Below are positions 13,473 through 27,569 of a DNA stretch of 64,000 nt, piece by piece (position 1 is the stretch's first letter; each line of letters opens with the position of its first letter). The notes beneath the pieces were generated by a model. That model saw nothing but the letters and a program-made list of their open reading frames with translations. It did no database searches and was not told the DNA's origin. Location: positions 146,134,001 to 146,198,000 of the forward strand of contig OX597817.1 of assembly GCA_951406725.2 (NCBI GenBank), read 5' to 3'. This stretch comes from Octopus vulgaris. Taxonomy: Eukaryota. A program made the position numbers and the translations under genes.

Positions 13473-16400
13473 TATTAGTCTACATTGTTGCCTGATGCTT
13501 CTAGCTATCAAGTAATCCATTCTACTGATTTTTCAGCAAGTCTTGAAATATACTTCAAACTATAGTTTTTTATCAGTGCCAAAATCCATAGCAGTAATTG
13601 CCTTCTACGCTTTCAGTATACATAAAATGATATGGGATCATCACACACAAGTGTTTATCAGCTTATCTTCAAATGTATAATGTTATCTTCTCATTATCAT
13701 TATATTATAGCTGTCTTCAATGGTGATAAGAATTATTTATTAAATAGGTTAGCAACACATATCCCTTCTGTCCTTCTCAAGATTTCTTTTTCTCTACAAA
13801 CTCAAGCCTTTACATTAGTTCTCTCTACTAAGAATTAACAAAAAACAATTACTAATTATATTCCCACTATTTCCCCATTTATTAATTATGTCACCATTTA
13901 TGTGAAGTAATTAGTATTGATGTGATAGAATTTATCTATAACTTCTAAGAAACAAGCTCCAACAGCTACTTCAAAAATTCTGTTTTATTGTGAGTCTACC
14001 AGAGACCCCACACAACGTCTTATGTACTTTCACAAGTTCCTTAGTATTCTTCTATTACATATCACCGCAAACCATTTCCCCAATGACATTGAATGATTTT
14101 GCTCCCTGAACATAATTTGTATTCTAGTTACTGATGTACTTTTTTTCAAAAGCCCTTTGACTCTAAACCACTCTTGCATGAGTCATGTAAAAGAAATCAT
14201 TAAAACAAAAGTATAGAGCATTTTTACTGAAATAAGCAATAATGTGCATGTTCTATGACATAAGCATGGACAAATATTTGTGAGGTGTAGAATTAATCTA
14301 TAGAGCAATTTTGCACTAGCTTGACTTATGATATAAAATTATGCAATGCAGCTCTATATGAGATAATAACAGAAGAACCCCAGTGGACTTTCACATTATG
14401 TAACACAGCAAACATTGCTGATAAAGAGTAAAAATGTGTCATACATTCTCACACTATACGCAATTCTAGTTCAAATCAGGTCAACATTTGACATATCTTG
14501 ATTAAAAAGACTGGCCTTGAAATCCTTACCAAGATATTCAATGTATCAGTTTTCTATACTTTAAGGTGGCATTTTGTGGGTAACAGTCATTGGTTATAGG
14601 TTCTGAACAGGCCCGTTACTGGTTCACTGCATTTGTGATGGCAGATGTCCATGTTACTTGAGCAGAACCAATATGACAATGTATTTCATTTGAAAGCATC
14701 AGTTTATTGGTTATTTGACCAAATGTTTCATCATTCACTGATAATCACATGCATATAAATATATGACAGTTTACATCCACAACAAAAATTCTGACTATCA
14801 AATCTCTATCATAAGTCATTGGCCAACTCGAGGTTATGGTAGAAGACACCTGCCAAGGCTCCTACAGAGATGATCAAACCAAGAATGATGTAGTTGTCAA
14901 GTAAACTTTTAAACTACCCAGCCATGCTAGTGTCCATATAGTTAGGAGTTAGATAAATTTCACAACATGGATGTGTTGATGGAGACCATGACCCATTTTC
15001 AATTTTTACTTCTAGAAAAGTATTCCTTCATTCCACCTTTTTCTATTTCTTAATTCTCACGAATAATGAGAAATCATTATTACCACCATCAAAACCAGAG
15101 TCATAATTTTAATTAAGAATCAATCAACAAAGAGATAATAGAATGTCACTCTTACTATAAAGATCAACTGAGTCTTAAAAGAGGTGACTGATAATAGTCT
15201 TAAGAAAGGTGATTGATAATGTACAACAGGTCAAGTATCTAATTTTTCACTTAAATATAATCAAAACAGATTTTATATAAACTTCTTTTCCCTTTCAGTA
15301 CTGCACACACTAGGCTTTTTGGATTTTATTAAAAGAGAATAGTTGTTAAAATAAGAGCCTATGAAATAAAGCAAATAAGTTTGGTCAACTGCATTTATTA
15401 AGATATAAACTCTTATCATACATGACAACTGATAATGGGTGAATTCACAACTCAAACAAAATAGCATGCATGTACAGGTGCATGAATATGTTTGTAAGGA
15501 AACATGACCTGCCTAAATATGCTATAATTCAGCTGAAACATTGAGATCAATAAACTATTCATTACCATCGTCATTTTACTTCTGGTCTTCCATATTTGTA
15601 TGCATTCTCTAGTAAGCAGTCATGCCACTTGTCATGGCTCTTTGCAGTTTTCTTCATAGGGTTTAATATCCCGAGATAAGCTGCTAGACACTTCTTTATC
15701 CAACTGTCACCCTACATACACATCACTTATCCATACCATCACAGTCTTCTTTCTTGCACACAAAAGTCAATTTCTCTAAAACACTGTCTTTCTCTCAACC
15801 CTTTGTGCTTTGTTATTCATTCACACAAACACTGAACATCTAATGGAGCATACTTGCCTCATTTTTTTCCAGCTTTTGCACATACTCTTCATTCAGAGTT
15901 CATGTTTGGAAACCATGCAATAGCATACTTTCTACACAAACATTTTATTCTGCTTTTAACCTGGAGTAATAATCCCATCATTATCAGCAGAGGCAACAGT
16001 TCCTCAAAATTAATTCTTTTTCCTTACTCAGGCTATTATGCTTTTTTTGGACACCCACCACCACCCAGTAGTAGTAGAAGCAGTCAGGGAGCCAGGAACC
16101 TTCTAAACATCTGAAAGAATTTATTTCACAGGTGCTGTTACTGTTAACTAATCCTGGGGTTTTGCAACTTACAAAATTCTTCTATTGCAGATTTAAAAAG
16201 ATCTGGAACATTACTAATTTAACTGTAATTTTGAACTATTATATTAACATAAGCAGATTTTCTTTTGCCTAGAGATGGCTTATTGGAACAGTTAATATAA
16301 AATTGTAATACATGAAAAGATTTTGGAAGACTTAAAGGTAATCGAATGAACTCAAGTGGGAAAATATTTTAAAAAATTAATGAAGCAAACAGAAAATGCC

Positions 16401-16776
16401 ATAATTTGTAAAATAACATAAGTTAGGAGAAGTGAGTTCCGAAAGAACAGTTCTCACTTCTGTTTACAATCCATAAACTTTCCCAATCCTAACCATCACT
16501 AGTTTCCCTTAACTAGATTTTTTTTTATCTGTATTTTTTTCTTTAAAAATTATTTCATTAGTCAAATGAAATAGTCAAGTAAAATCTGAAAATTTAAAAG
16601 GGATTTTTTCCAAAGTGGAAGTTACATAATCAACAGGCATGAATGAATGATGCGATAAAATGATCAAATTATTTATTTTTCTATTAATACTGGTTTAGTT
16701 TGGAAGGAGAGGCTGCATCCATAGCCTTTACATGTGTACTTGATGTTAACATTAAAATAAAAAAAAAGTTCCTTAC

Positions 16777-16944
16777 CCAACTTTTTCTTTCATTGATAAC
16801 AAGCTCACAAGGCATAAAACTGAGTGGAATTGACGAAGTGGGTACTTTAGGCTGAGTTGGAGAGTATGTGTCGTCATGTAGCAAATTTTCCCTTCCAAAG
16901 CAACTGTAGCAGTTCCTGAGGAGTTCCACCTCAGCCCAAGGTGA
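16777..16944 (-). CDS. Internal coding exon (168 nt, SPWAEVELLRNCYSCFGRENLLHDD...ERKSW), NRF1/EWG-like segment
   Basis: ctttttttttAG acceptor and TGG|GTAAGG donor, phase 0/0. LLRNCYSCFGRENLL resembles the end of the NRF1 DNA-binding domain (IVKNCYKQHGREDLL, recalled from memory). Confidence 0.82.
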
Positions 16945-17645
16945 CTAAAAAAAAGATTAAAAAATATTTATTTTACAAAATACATATAGATTTATTAATT
17001 CTTAAGAAGGTCTATCAACTATTAATCGGCCCCAAAGACTATTGTTTATAAATTCAGGCTTCTCATAAAGCAATAACCAAGAATTTAAACTGACTATAAT
17101 AGATTTCATAATACATGTATGGAGAAATTTACTTTCTGAATCAATTACAGCATGGAATACAGATATTAACCATTAAAAAAAAACACAAAGACAGTCTTAG
17201 TGAAGTTAACTTCACAAACATGTGTCTTCTACATTATAATCATTTTAGTTTCAACACACAGTCTCAGATCAAATCAGGAATGATGATAAACCAAAACAGA
17301 GAAGCTGATTCACACACTAAATACTTGTATAGTAAAGTACCTTCATCTTTAATTCCTTTTTTGACTCTAGCATCTATAACTTCCATATCACCTCTAATGG
17401 TGAACATACCACTTCTCAGTCTCCCTGACATTTTTCAATTGCAAGCATCTTCACTCCTGGCAAACTACATCTCCTTTCCATTACAGAATTTTAAACATAT
17501 TTCTGAAATATGATTAAATAATTCCCCTTAACAATGTTTACAAAATAAAAAGTTAATGCCCATGAACAAAACACAGCTAAAGAACTGCGATTCACATCAA
17601 CAAAGCATAACTAAAAATCTCTACACAGGTTTAACTATAACTTGA

Positions 17646-19140
17646 CAAAGGATGGCTAACCTATGGCACACTGCAGATCTGTTCATAATAGTTCAATACA
17701 TGTTCGATACTTGTTACACCTTGAGGTAGCAAACAGTTCCAATCCATTGCAGCTTTTTCCCAGTCAGTTTACAGCTTACTCTTTGTGCATTAGGCTTTGC
17801 TTATATTTTACTCACAGTGTGTGAAAATAGTTCCACACATAATAATAATAAACAGTAAAAAACACGACATCAAACTCAAACAGAATGAAAAGAAGTGGAG
17901 ATAGTGCCTGTGTCTGAGTTATGGAAAGAATACACGATTAAGAAAAATTTGTAAGGCTTTACTTTCAGATATTTGCAAGATACCTTAATGATTCAAAGAA
18001 AAGAACACAAGACTGTGCTGGTCAAAGGCAACAGTTACAAGGCACTAACAACTCTCTTACGTATCATAATCGGGTGAAAAAACCTTCTCTGTGCTTCTGC
18101 TTTTATGTAAATTTCAGTGAACTCATAGGGATGGTAAGTTGCTTGAAAAATTGTTTAGACTGTCCTCCATTTAAATATTACTATGGTATACACAAAGGGT
18201 TATCCAATGGAAAATTTAAACTTGCAATCTGTTATGTTAATGGTTATGAGATATGTGAATAAAATTACAGCAGAAGTGGATGGTGGGAATTCAGAGAATA
18301 TTGCAAAATATTTGATTTGGAATATGAAAATCTAGTTCTGCATTGAGGCACACTGGTTTTCTAGGGGATAAGTTCTGGGCAGATTTTGGAAATTAAAAAG
18401 TATTATTCAAAATTTTCTAGAAGTGAAAAATAAGAACTCCATTCCCAAAGCCTTTTAATATGATACACTGGCTATTTGATTTAGCATATTTAGTTTGATG
18501 TAACCAGTTTTCTCATTGATTTAATACGAAATTGCACAGCAAGAACAGTTTAACTTAGTAATTGATATCAATGTTTTCAAAATGAAATTTAAACCATTCA
18601 TCTCTCAATCAAAATAATGTACTGCGAATAATAGCTATTTTACAAAACATGTTGACAATGCATGAGTCATTTTGATAAAGCCGAAGACTGCAAACTTGCA
18701 TTTAAACCCAATTCCATTTAGAGAACAAAATGAAAATGCTTAGTAACATGGAAATGGAACTTATAGATTAAAAAAAAAATTCGTTAGAAAAATAAATCTG
18801 ACAAACTTCCATTGGTTCCAAATGTTGTCACTGAAATTCTGGTAAACATTTTTTGGAACTAAGAAAATTTACTCAGTTACATTTGTTGTTTCAGAATAAT
18901 GTAAGATATGAACAAATATTTCCATCCATTAAACTAATGAAATACAAAGTAAGGTCAGAGTTGACTAACTCAAATTTGAATAATTCTCTGCTGTTTGCAA
19001 TAGCTAATTTAACTCCAAACAGCTTAGTGAAATCAGAACAAACTCAAAAGTCTCTTTAAAACATATTTTATACAAGAACTCAAGCATAAAAAAATTGGCA
19101 CATGGGCCATATCTAAACAATACATCTTCAAAATGGATCA
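17646..19140 (+). mobile_element. hAT (Buster/Charlie-type) transposase relic
   Basis: ~18340-18400 reads EAHWFSRG*VLGRFWKL (consensus EVRWLSRGKVLxRF), followed by WLFDLAYL. Stops and frameshifts throughout; boundaries approximate. Confidence 0.6.
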
Positions 19141-21564
19141 AAAGCTATTTCCTATCATATGACCATTGTTTGGCTGTCTTGTTTCTGTTTTATCATTACT
19201 ATATTATTTACTCTACATGCTATGTGTCTTCACTTTAGTGTGTGTGTGTGTGTGACATATCATGTATATTTTCTCCAAAACATCTTATTTGTTTATTTCT
19301 TAGTCTCTCACTTTTTTTTTGGCTTCTTTTTCAAGAATGCATTTCCTGGTTGCATGTTCCTTATTGAGACTTGTGATCTAATGTATAATTCAAATTCACT
19401 GTTAGCCATATTGGCAACTATTTCGCCATTCTTGTCTAATAGAAAAAAAAAATGAAAGGAAAGAAAACAGAAACATCTGTCGAAAATATTTAAAATGTAA
19501 CAAAAACAGGAAACTAAATCAATTGATAATGAGTTCCTGGGGAGAGGGGTGATGCTAAGGCAGGTGATGATGATGCAGATGTTGACAATGACAGAAACAA
19601 ACATGGGTGGGGAGAAAGCTTCAAGGGTTGACATTTGAAGGAGGAAGAACTGGGCAGTGGTTAGGGCAGGGTCTGGAGAGGTGGTGCAATAAAGTATGAG
19701 GGACAAGAAGATAGACAAGTGTGTTGGGTGGGCCTGGGTGGAGTTAGCCTGAGAGTAATCGGCTTCGAGAAGTAGAGGTCATTATAGTGGTTGTAAAAAA
19801 GACAGAGTAAGGCAACAAAAATAACTGATATTTAATGTGACAATAACACATTTATAATAAATCAGTTCTAATATATCTCACACCTAATTCACATTCGGCA
19901 ATATTCAAAGAAGTGCTTCTATCAAAAACTCAACAATAACCACTTTAGCTGCTGCCAGCAAATATGGATTTCATGAAGTTAAACAAAGCAGAATAAATTA
20001 GAAACTTGCTGTACTTTAGTTATATTTTAAAACTTCACCAACATGATTCCTTTTCATTTGCTATCAATCAGCTTTGTGTGTCCACCAGAAATAACATCCC
20101 TAAACCATGCCTCATCACCAAAGAAATGAGGTGTGAACTTTAAACAGCTTTGTTATTTACATAAATAAAATTAGTGATATGTTACCCCAACATCATAACA
20201 TTGTCCTTTATGATCTGCAGAAGGAAAACAGTATATTCTTTATCTAAGAAGCACAAAAGCTATGAACTAATTAGACTAGATAAATTATAATTTATTTGCC
20301 AATTCCTATAAACAAGAGTTTGTGCTCTTACTAGACCCATCAGTCCAGTAGAGTAGCTTCAACTGATAAGACATGCAATGAGGTCAAAACACCAGTGTCT
20401 TGAAATTTCCTTTCAGCAGTGAATTGTGTGTCATGAACACACATCATCTATGGGGAAGATATGTTCTCAGTTGACAAAACCGATCGGATATTCATGTTTG
20501 AATTTTACATGTCCTGCATGAGCCCCATGAATAATTGGATTCACTTGTCTCTTTAATGCTGAGCAATGAATAAATAAAATAAACCGCAAACTAATTGATA
20601 CACTATGGTTAAAATATATAATTCAAACACATTTTAAAGTACTCCTCAATGGTTGGTATTTAAATATGAGAGATTTTTAAAAAATGTTATCTTCTTTCTT
20701 GTAATGACTTATGGGAACAGACATAAACTCTGAAACCGTAATAAGATAATCAAAAGATTTGCTTTCAATAAAATATTTTACTAGTTGGCTACATTTACTT
20801 GCACAATACAAAATGCTCGTTTAGCCTTGTCAGACTTCACCTTGCAACTTATTTTGAAAGATAAGCTTTTATGTAGTTGTAACCTTTCTTCTAAACACTG
20901 CCAATCCCAAATATAGTCATTCTTACACATTCATAATTATATAATGAAGTCATAATAGCACTTAAAAAGTTATGTCAAATGAGTACAATGATGTATTGAA
21001 CTTGCTTGTGGCTTCAGCCAATAATAGACCTGACCTCCCAGCACTTCCACTGCCATTAAGCAGTAAAGACCAACAGGAAATAAATAAGACAATCCCTTTA
21101 TGATATTTCTATCAAAATACACTACTTTGTTTCAGTCAATTTTAAAATTAATGAATTTCGTAAAATAACTTTGTCGTTATTAAATTGGTGCTTGAAATGT
21201 AAATTAATATGAAATTTTGATAGAAAGTATAATAATATATAGGAAGTTTTTTTGTTTTTTTTATAGAAATATAATAAATAGGAAATTTGTGTCATCAAAT
21301 TAGGGAGAATTTAAGGAAGGTTAGTATCAAAAGCATTAAAACCTCTGACAACATGTGAGAATATATTGACAAGATTAACCACCATTATACAGCCAATGGA
21401 TTAACATTCTTGGCTCATGTCTATGATGCACTATCTATCCAACACTAGTATTCTGAATTATTCTGTTATGGTCTTCTATCAAGGAACATAAGTAGAGCAC
21501 TCTTTGATTCTGTCCCAAATCAAGTAAGTCTTAAAATAAAATTTGAAGAAAAAAAAAAACTTAC

Positions 21565-21584
21565 AGACCTCAATAAATCCAAAC
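21565..21584 (-). CDS. Candidate 20-nt microexon
   Basis: tgttgcAG|GTTTGGATTTATTGAGGTCT|GTAAGT. Keeps frame only together with the 13-nt exon. Confidence 0.45.
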
Positions 21585-21712
21585 CTGCAACATTACACAA
21601 CTACCCACTACTGAGTCACAAACAAGCTAAAATTGTCATGCTCCTAATCAATTTTGCAAATAACTTTTCATAGACAGTACATGTTTTTAGCAAACTCAAC
21701 GCTGTTTGAAGG

Positions 21713-21880
21713 TGCAGATATGGTTGTGTGGTTAAGGCGTTTACTTCAATACCATGTGGTTTCAGGTTCTATCCCGTGTGTAATCATTTTGAGCAAGAGT
21801 CTTCTACTATACCCTTCAGCCAATCAATGCCTTGTGAATGGTACTGGTAGATAGAAACTGTACAGAAGTTGAGTGTCTCT
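21713..21880 (+). mobile_element. tRNA-derived SINE (abundant family; further copies near 5190, 14800, 25200, 27050, 33230, 37670, 44030, 50880, 63330)
   Basis: A-box-like TGGTTGTGTGG and B-box-like GGTTCTATCCC, shared body GGCAAGTGTCTTCTACTATA...GGTAGACxGAAACTG, ending in (TG/TA)n. Confidence 0.7.
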
Positions 21881-24633
21881 GTGAGTATACATATGTACCT
21901 ACGTATATGATGTATATGTATGTGTGTGTGTGTGTGCACACATATACATACACAATGTATATGTATGCATGTATGTATGTTTATGTGTGTGAATGTTAGC
22001 CTTTTTATCTCCACGTGACACTGTCTGAGCAAAACTGAAATATCTTGCTTACATTGCAAACGACATGTCCTGTAACTCTGCATTTTTGAGCACCATAGGA
22101 ATAATAAATTCTTTACTTGAAAAAAGGTAAAGTTTGATGACAAAGAAGGGCAGCAGGATACAAAATGATGCCTCTATAAGTCTGTGTATAACACATATCA
22201 ACATAGAAAAATGAACACAAAATGAATGACTGAATGAATGAAGTTTATATTGGCACAAAACTTGAATTGCAAGATAAATATTCAGTTTAAATAAACGATG
22301 AGCTCTACAAGATGCATTGAGTACTTACTGATTATTCATTTGACATTCATCAACATACACACAGACACATGGAGAGACAGAAAACGCCATTAAAGGTATC
22401 AAGAGAGACAATAACACTGGTACAGACATATGATGCAAACGGATGATGAGTGCTGGGTAAAAAAAACATACATATGGAAGGTGGATAAAGAAATGGGAGG
22501 TTATCTTCTAAAGGTAACAGAGCTTATAAATAAGGTTATGCAGGACTGAGATGAAAAGAAATGTACTGTACAGGAAACTCGTCCAACCAGCATGGAAAAG
22601 CAGACCGTAAACTGATGATGATAATGATGACGTTACACTTTTAAAACAATTAGAGGACAATTATGAAGCCTAAGTTTTTCTTTAAATCCCTGTTATTTCA
22701 AGTCCATATGCTGACTTAACCTGACAAGCTAGCATACACATTAGCAAAAGTTTTGTTTGCTGACTTTTATATATAAGAATAGAAGTTCCTAATTAGTACC
22801 AGATAACTGAGGTGGTGTCTGTCAGTGAGGAGGCAAAATTATACTTAAACACCAGAGTCTGACAATCTGCTGACATCATTTGTAGCACACAAGCTATGTT
22901 TTTCAAGCAAAGTCTTTCTCTAGATAAATCTCCCAATCTGGTTGGAAATTAAATGAAATGCAGTTAGGCCAGTATAACTATTCTAAAACAATTGCATGAA
23001 TTTGGATGAAACTTCCTGATACATTATAATAATTGTTGGTGTACGTTATGAATGTGGTTTTTACCTGTTATAAAGTCATTTTCACCTCTGCCCAAGTAAA
23101 ATGAATACAAACAGGTAAATTGATTACAAGTGATTGTTTTCATATATGTTTATCAATTCCTGGGTATTAATTTCTTGTCTGAGCAGAATTTGTATTCTTG
23201 TAATCTATGTGACTTGGAAGCCGCAGAACTAGCATCAGAAAAAGCCTTCTGTTTCGTCTCCTCTATCGATGGAATGAAGGTGGTGGTGTCCTGTTTGCAC
23301 ACATACCTTATGGTCTCATCAATCATCAGTACAAAAAATTTCTACATGAAAGGATCCAGATGATTAATGAAAAACTGATGCAATGATCAAGTATGTAATA
23401 ATGCCACTCCTCCTCAGAATTGATAAATCCTGATGTCATTATTTTCTCTAATTAAGTCATTAATAAATGTTTCAAATTTAAGCTCAAGGTCAGCAATTTA
23501 AGGAGGGGGGGATTAAGTGAGAATATCAACCCCCAGGTCTTGACTGTGAAAGGATGAGAAGCAAAGTTGACCTTGGCAGTATTTGAATTCAGAATGAAAA
23601 GAGCTGGAAGAACTGCTACTAAATTATATTTTGGTCTAAAATAAATAATATCACCAAATTCTAACTCAGTTTGAGATATTAACTGCATGATGCTCAAAAA
23701 TCAAATGAAAAAATTTAGAGAAATTCACTTGATTAAATAAACCCATATGGTGCAAACAGGAAGTCTTTAGACAAGAAGTTCTTTCTAAAATGAGGCTAAA
23801 CTTGCTGATAATAAAAATGGTTTAGAATATAGAAACATTGCTGGTAGTCACAACCTAAATTACCTAAATAACCTAAAATTGTCTTTGATTTGTTTCATAA
23901 TCTTTTTCCAATTACTTTCTATTTTCTTCACATCAATATCTTACAACCATTTCTTTCTACAAGCCTCTCCATTTTTTATTTTGGATTTTTTAAGACAATA
24001 AAGGACAATTTATTTACCACAAATAATGCTTACATTCAGTTTTATTTCTAATTTTATTATGTAGATAAATTATATGTTCATTTTTACATAATTTGGTGTA
24101 GCCTTCAACAAACATAGGGGCAATAAAATTTAACAGAAATCTACACATGCAAAAGCCATAGAATAAGTCTGAGACTAAGAAGGACAAGGAATTTATAACC
24201 CTAAAGATGGAGCAACAGAATGGTGACAGTCCAGTCACAGAAAAGAATAAAAGAATACAATTTATTCCTTGAACAAATTGGGCACAAGATCAAAGAAGGT
24301 AAATGAACATCAAATATATTGAGTGTATATGCAGGAAAGGTAATGGCAATGGTGTGAATGGGTAGCCCAGTGTTTAGGACTGTTGAGTTATGGGTTCAAT
24401 TCCTGAACTGAATTGGTATGCTGTGTCATTCAACAGGGCACTTTAGCTCACATTGCTCCAATCTACTCAATTGTAATGAACTGGTGCACCCCTCTCTCCT
24501 TCTAGCTGTCGCCTGGATATTCTGCTGGGTCAAGAGTGGGAAGGCTGAGAAAATGTCTACGCCTACATGCAACTACATAGACATATAAAATAAGCTAGTG
24601 AAAGCATGGTATATGCTGTCAAGTCATACTCAC

Positions 24634-24646
24634 CTGTGAGAGAAGG
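24634..24646 (-). CDS. Candidate 13-nt microexon (or recursive AG|GT site)
   Basis: ccacAG|CCTTCTCTCACAG|GTGAGT, preceded by more than 70 nt with no AG dinucleotide. Confidence 0.45.
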
Positions 24647-27479
24647 CTGTGGTGATTTTTATGACAGTAAAAGTAAACAGGCAATGTATAATAAGGCCAA
24701 AAACAAAATTTTAAAGGATTAAATTATATAGAAAACTGATATGTTGCAGGTTTTCATAATCTAGTAGATTAATGATGATAGGAAGAGAAAGAAAGAGGAG
24801 AAAAGATAATGAATTCTATGAATTACAAAAAAAAAATTTTTTTTTTAATTAAAACAAACTTTAATATATTTTTTCTTTAAAATGGGGCCATGAAGATTCT
24901 CAAAGAGGAAAAGTCTGGTTGTGATGTACATAACTGCACTAAGATCATTATTTTTTATTTTTTCATTTTAAAATTCTATATTGCATTTTGTGGACAAAAA
25001 CATTTTGCAGGTTCCTAAGAACTTATTTCAGTGAAATGAGTGACAAAGAAATATCTTCACAACACAGTGAGAACAAATATTACAAGGTATTTTGAAAGCA
25101 GTGATTTATCAACTTTGCTGCTAGTCTTTACAACTTTTGAAATATGCTTCAGTGTGAGATATGTACACATACCATCATCAAGTATGATTGTTTGCTACAG
25201 AGTTTGTTTGATAACCATATACTTTTGAGTCTATTTCACTGCACGGTACCTTTGGCAAGTATCTTCTGCTATAGCCTTGTCCCAACCAATGACCATTGCA
25301 ATATATTATGTGGTTGTTTACATTCCAGATTTTTTCCATGGCACTGGCTGAGCAAAAGGGCGACAACATTCTCAACAAACAATATGTCCAGTAGTTCTTC
25401 ATATTTGAAAACAAATGGAATAAAAAATCCATTAATTAAAATCAGATAAGAGATAACAACATCCAGCCACAAAATAATGTCTCAATAACTATCTGCCCAA
25501 CTCAAGTAACCATGGGAAAATGAATGGACAAACATTATCATTTTACATCACTTAAATGCTGGTATGCTTTGGACAGGCTTTCATGGTTCAGGTCAGTTGA
25601 TATTTAGAGTTACTACTTTCCAAGATAGGTCAAGGACCAGATCTCATTTGTGTACCTCCAGTTTTGGCATGGTTCTACAGCTGGAAGCCTTTCCTATCAC
25701 CAACCACTTTATAGAGTGTACTGGGTGCATTTTATAAAGGCCAGAAAGATTGTCTTGATCCCTGCAAGAGTAAACCATCCCCATTCTCTTGCATTGTCTC
25801 TGTTCCTTTCTTTCTAGACAGATGGATAGGAGGGAGGAAGAGGAAGTAATTGGAGAGGGCCAAGTGATAAAACCAAAAAGATGATAAAGAGAGCTAGAAC
25901 AGAAGTGAGATACAAAGGAGTGTAATGAGAGAGTGGTAGACAGCTACATAAAGCAGTATTGGTGAAAGCATTAAATAAGAACAGCATAACCAAGAGTCAT
26001 AAAAAAAAAGAGTAAAAGAAGAGAACAAAAGTGATAGAAGTGTGTGATAGACAGCAGATAGAATAATGGAGGAGAATGAAGGATAATAGAGAAGTAGGTG
26101 AAGGTAAGATTAAATAAGGAAAAAATCCTGTGTTTCCATGTGTTGTTTCACAGGTAAATAAGCAAGAGTGACTCAGATGTAGGTATTAAACAACTTCATA
26201 ACAATCATCATTTTTATGATTGCTTTTCCATGCTTGCTGGGGTCATGTGGGTCTTCTCCAGCACAATGGTTTGTTATTTGTCACATTTCTTTATCATCAT
26301 CTTTATCAAAGTCAGTCACCTTAAGATTAGTTTTCATCACTTCATTCCATACTTTCTTTGGTTTCCTCCTCCCATAGGTTTCACACGTTTGGAGTACTTG
26401 ATACATCTTAACAAAACCCAATAGCCACCACATGAACTATACGCCCATAGCAATGTGGCCCTCCCACTTGCATTCCATGCCTGATTCCACTTATATCTAG
26501 TTTTGCACTCATCTCACCTATATCTCACCATTCATACATGCCAACATTACACATCTATTGTAGTATGATGTTCACTTTATTACTGTGCAGCATTCAAATA
26601 TCTTCTACAGTCAGGGCCCTACAATAGTCTACCAAGGGATTTACTCAGGGGCTGCTAAAATCTCACACAAAATAAAGAATTGTTCATTATAAATCAAGAA
26701 CTAGTGCACTTGTTCTTATTTCAAACTGAAATCCACAAGGAGTTTCATTTTCACCTTCATGTCATATCTCATAATATGGAGAATCTGGAAAAGGTTGGCA
26801 AAAATCCAAGATTAGCTTGCAATGAAGAACACAAAATTTCAGAGTCACACATGAAGGGAGTAGGCAGGAACTCAATGAGCAAGCAGGTAAATGAATGGAC
26901 AGACAAAAGGTGCACATGGATCGCTGGCAGGGTAAATAAAGAACCTAATCTTCAGGTGTGATAAATAAGCAAGACTAGTTAGCAGCAAGAAGTGCCATAA
27001 ACTCTTAGATGGCTTACTAGATGTAATTAACACACACAAACATAATGGGTTTCTGCTCAGTTTACAGCAATCAAATTCTATTCTCAAGCATTGGCCAATT
27101 TGAGGCAATGGTAGAAGATACTTGCTTGAGGAGCTACACAATAGGATCAAGCTGAGAACCATGTGGCTGTGAAATTAACCTCACTGCCATGCCTATATCC
27201 ATCACTTTCTTCATCAAAGCTATCACAAATTGATAAGACTGATATATTTCTGTTTCATTTAATGTAATTGTTAAGCAATCTTTTACCATTAAAAAGTGTG
27301 CATATCAGGATATATTATTGTTATTATTATGATGCTGTATATGTCATCTGTTTGTGGTTTTGAAGTTTGTCGGTTGTTTTTGTAGCTTGAGATATACATA
27401 AATTTCCATTGTAAAAAAAATTAACATTGCGTTGAATTTTAATTGAAATTATGCAAGTGGCACTGAAAAGGTTAGTAAC

Positions 27480-27569
27480 CTGTGTAATAGATCCAAGGGA
27501 AAGTGTTGGAAGCTCTGTCATAATCACGGGATCTGGAGGATGGCTACCACCTGCTATTGCTTCAGGCAT
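27480..27569 (-). CDS. Probable first coding exon (MPEAIAGGSHPPDPVIMTELPTLSLGSITQ); exon begins at 27581
   Basis: tttatttcAG acceptor at 27582-27583, aagATG start context and a weak CAG|GTTACT donor. ELPTL..ITQ resembles the start of the NRF1 domain (ELPPL...MTQ, from memory). Phase 0. Confidence 0.6.

Noticed and set aside
25269-25472. ORF with LLLSQCHGK as the possible missing NRF1-like exon
   Set aside because: Weak splice sites, no WWP motif, and it runs into a SINE.
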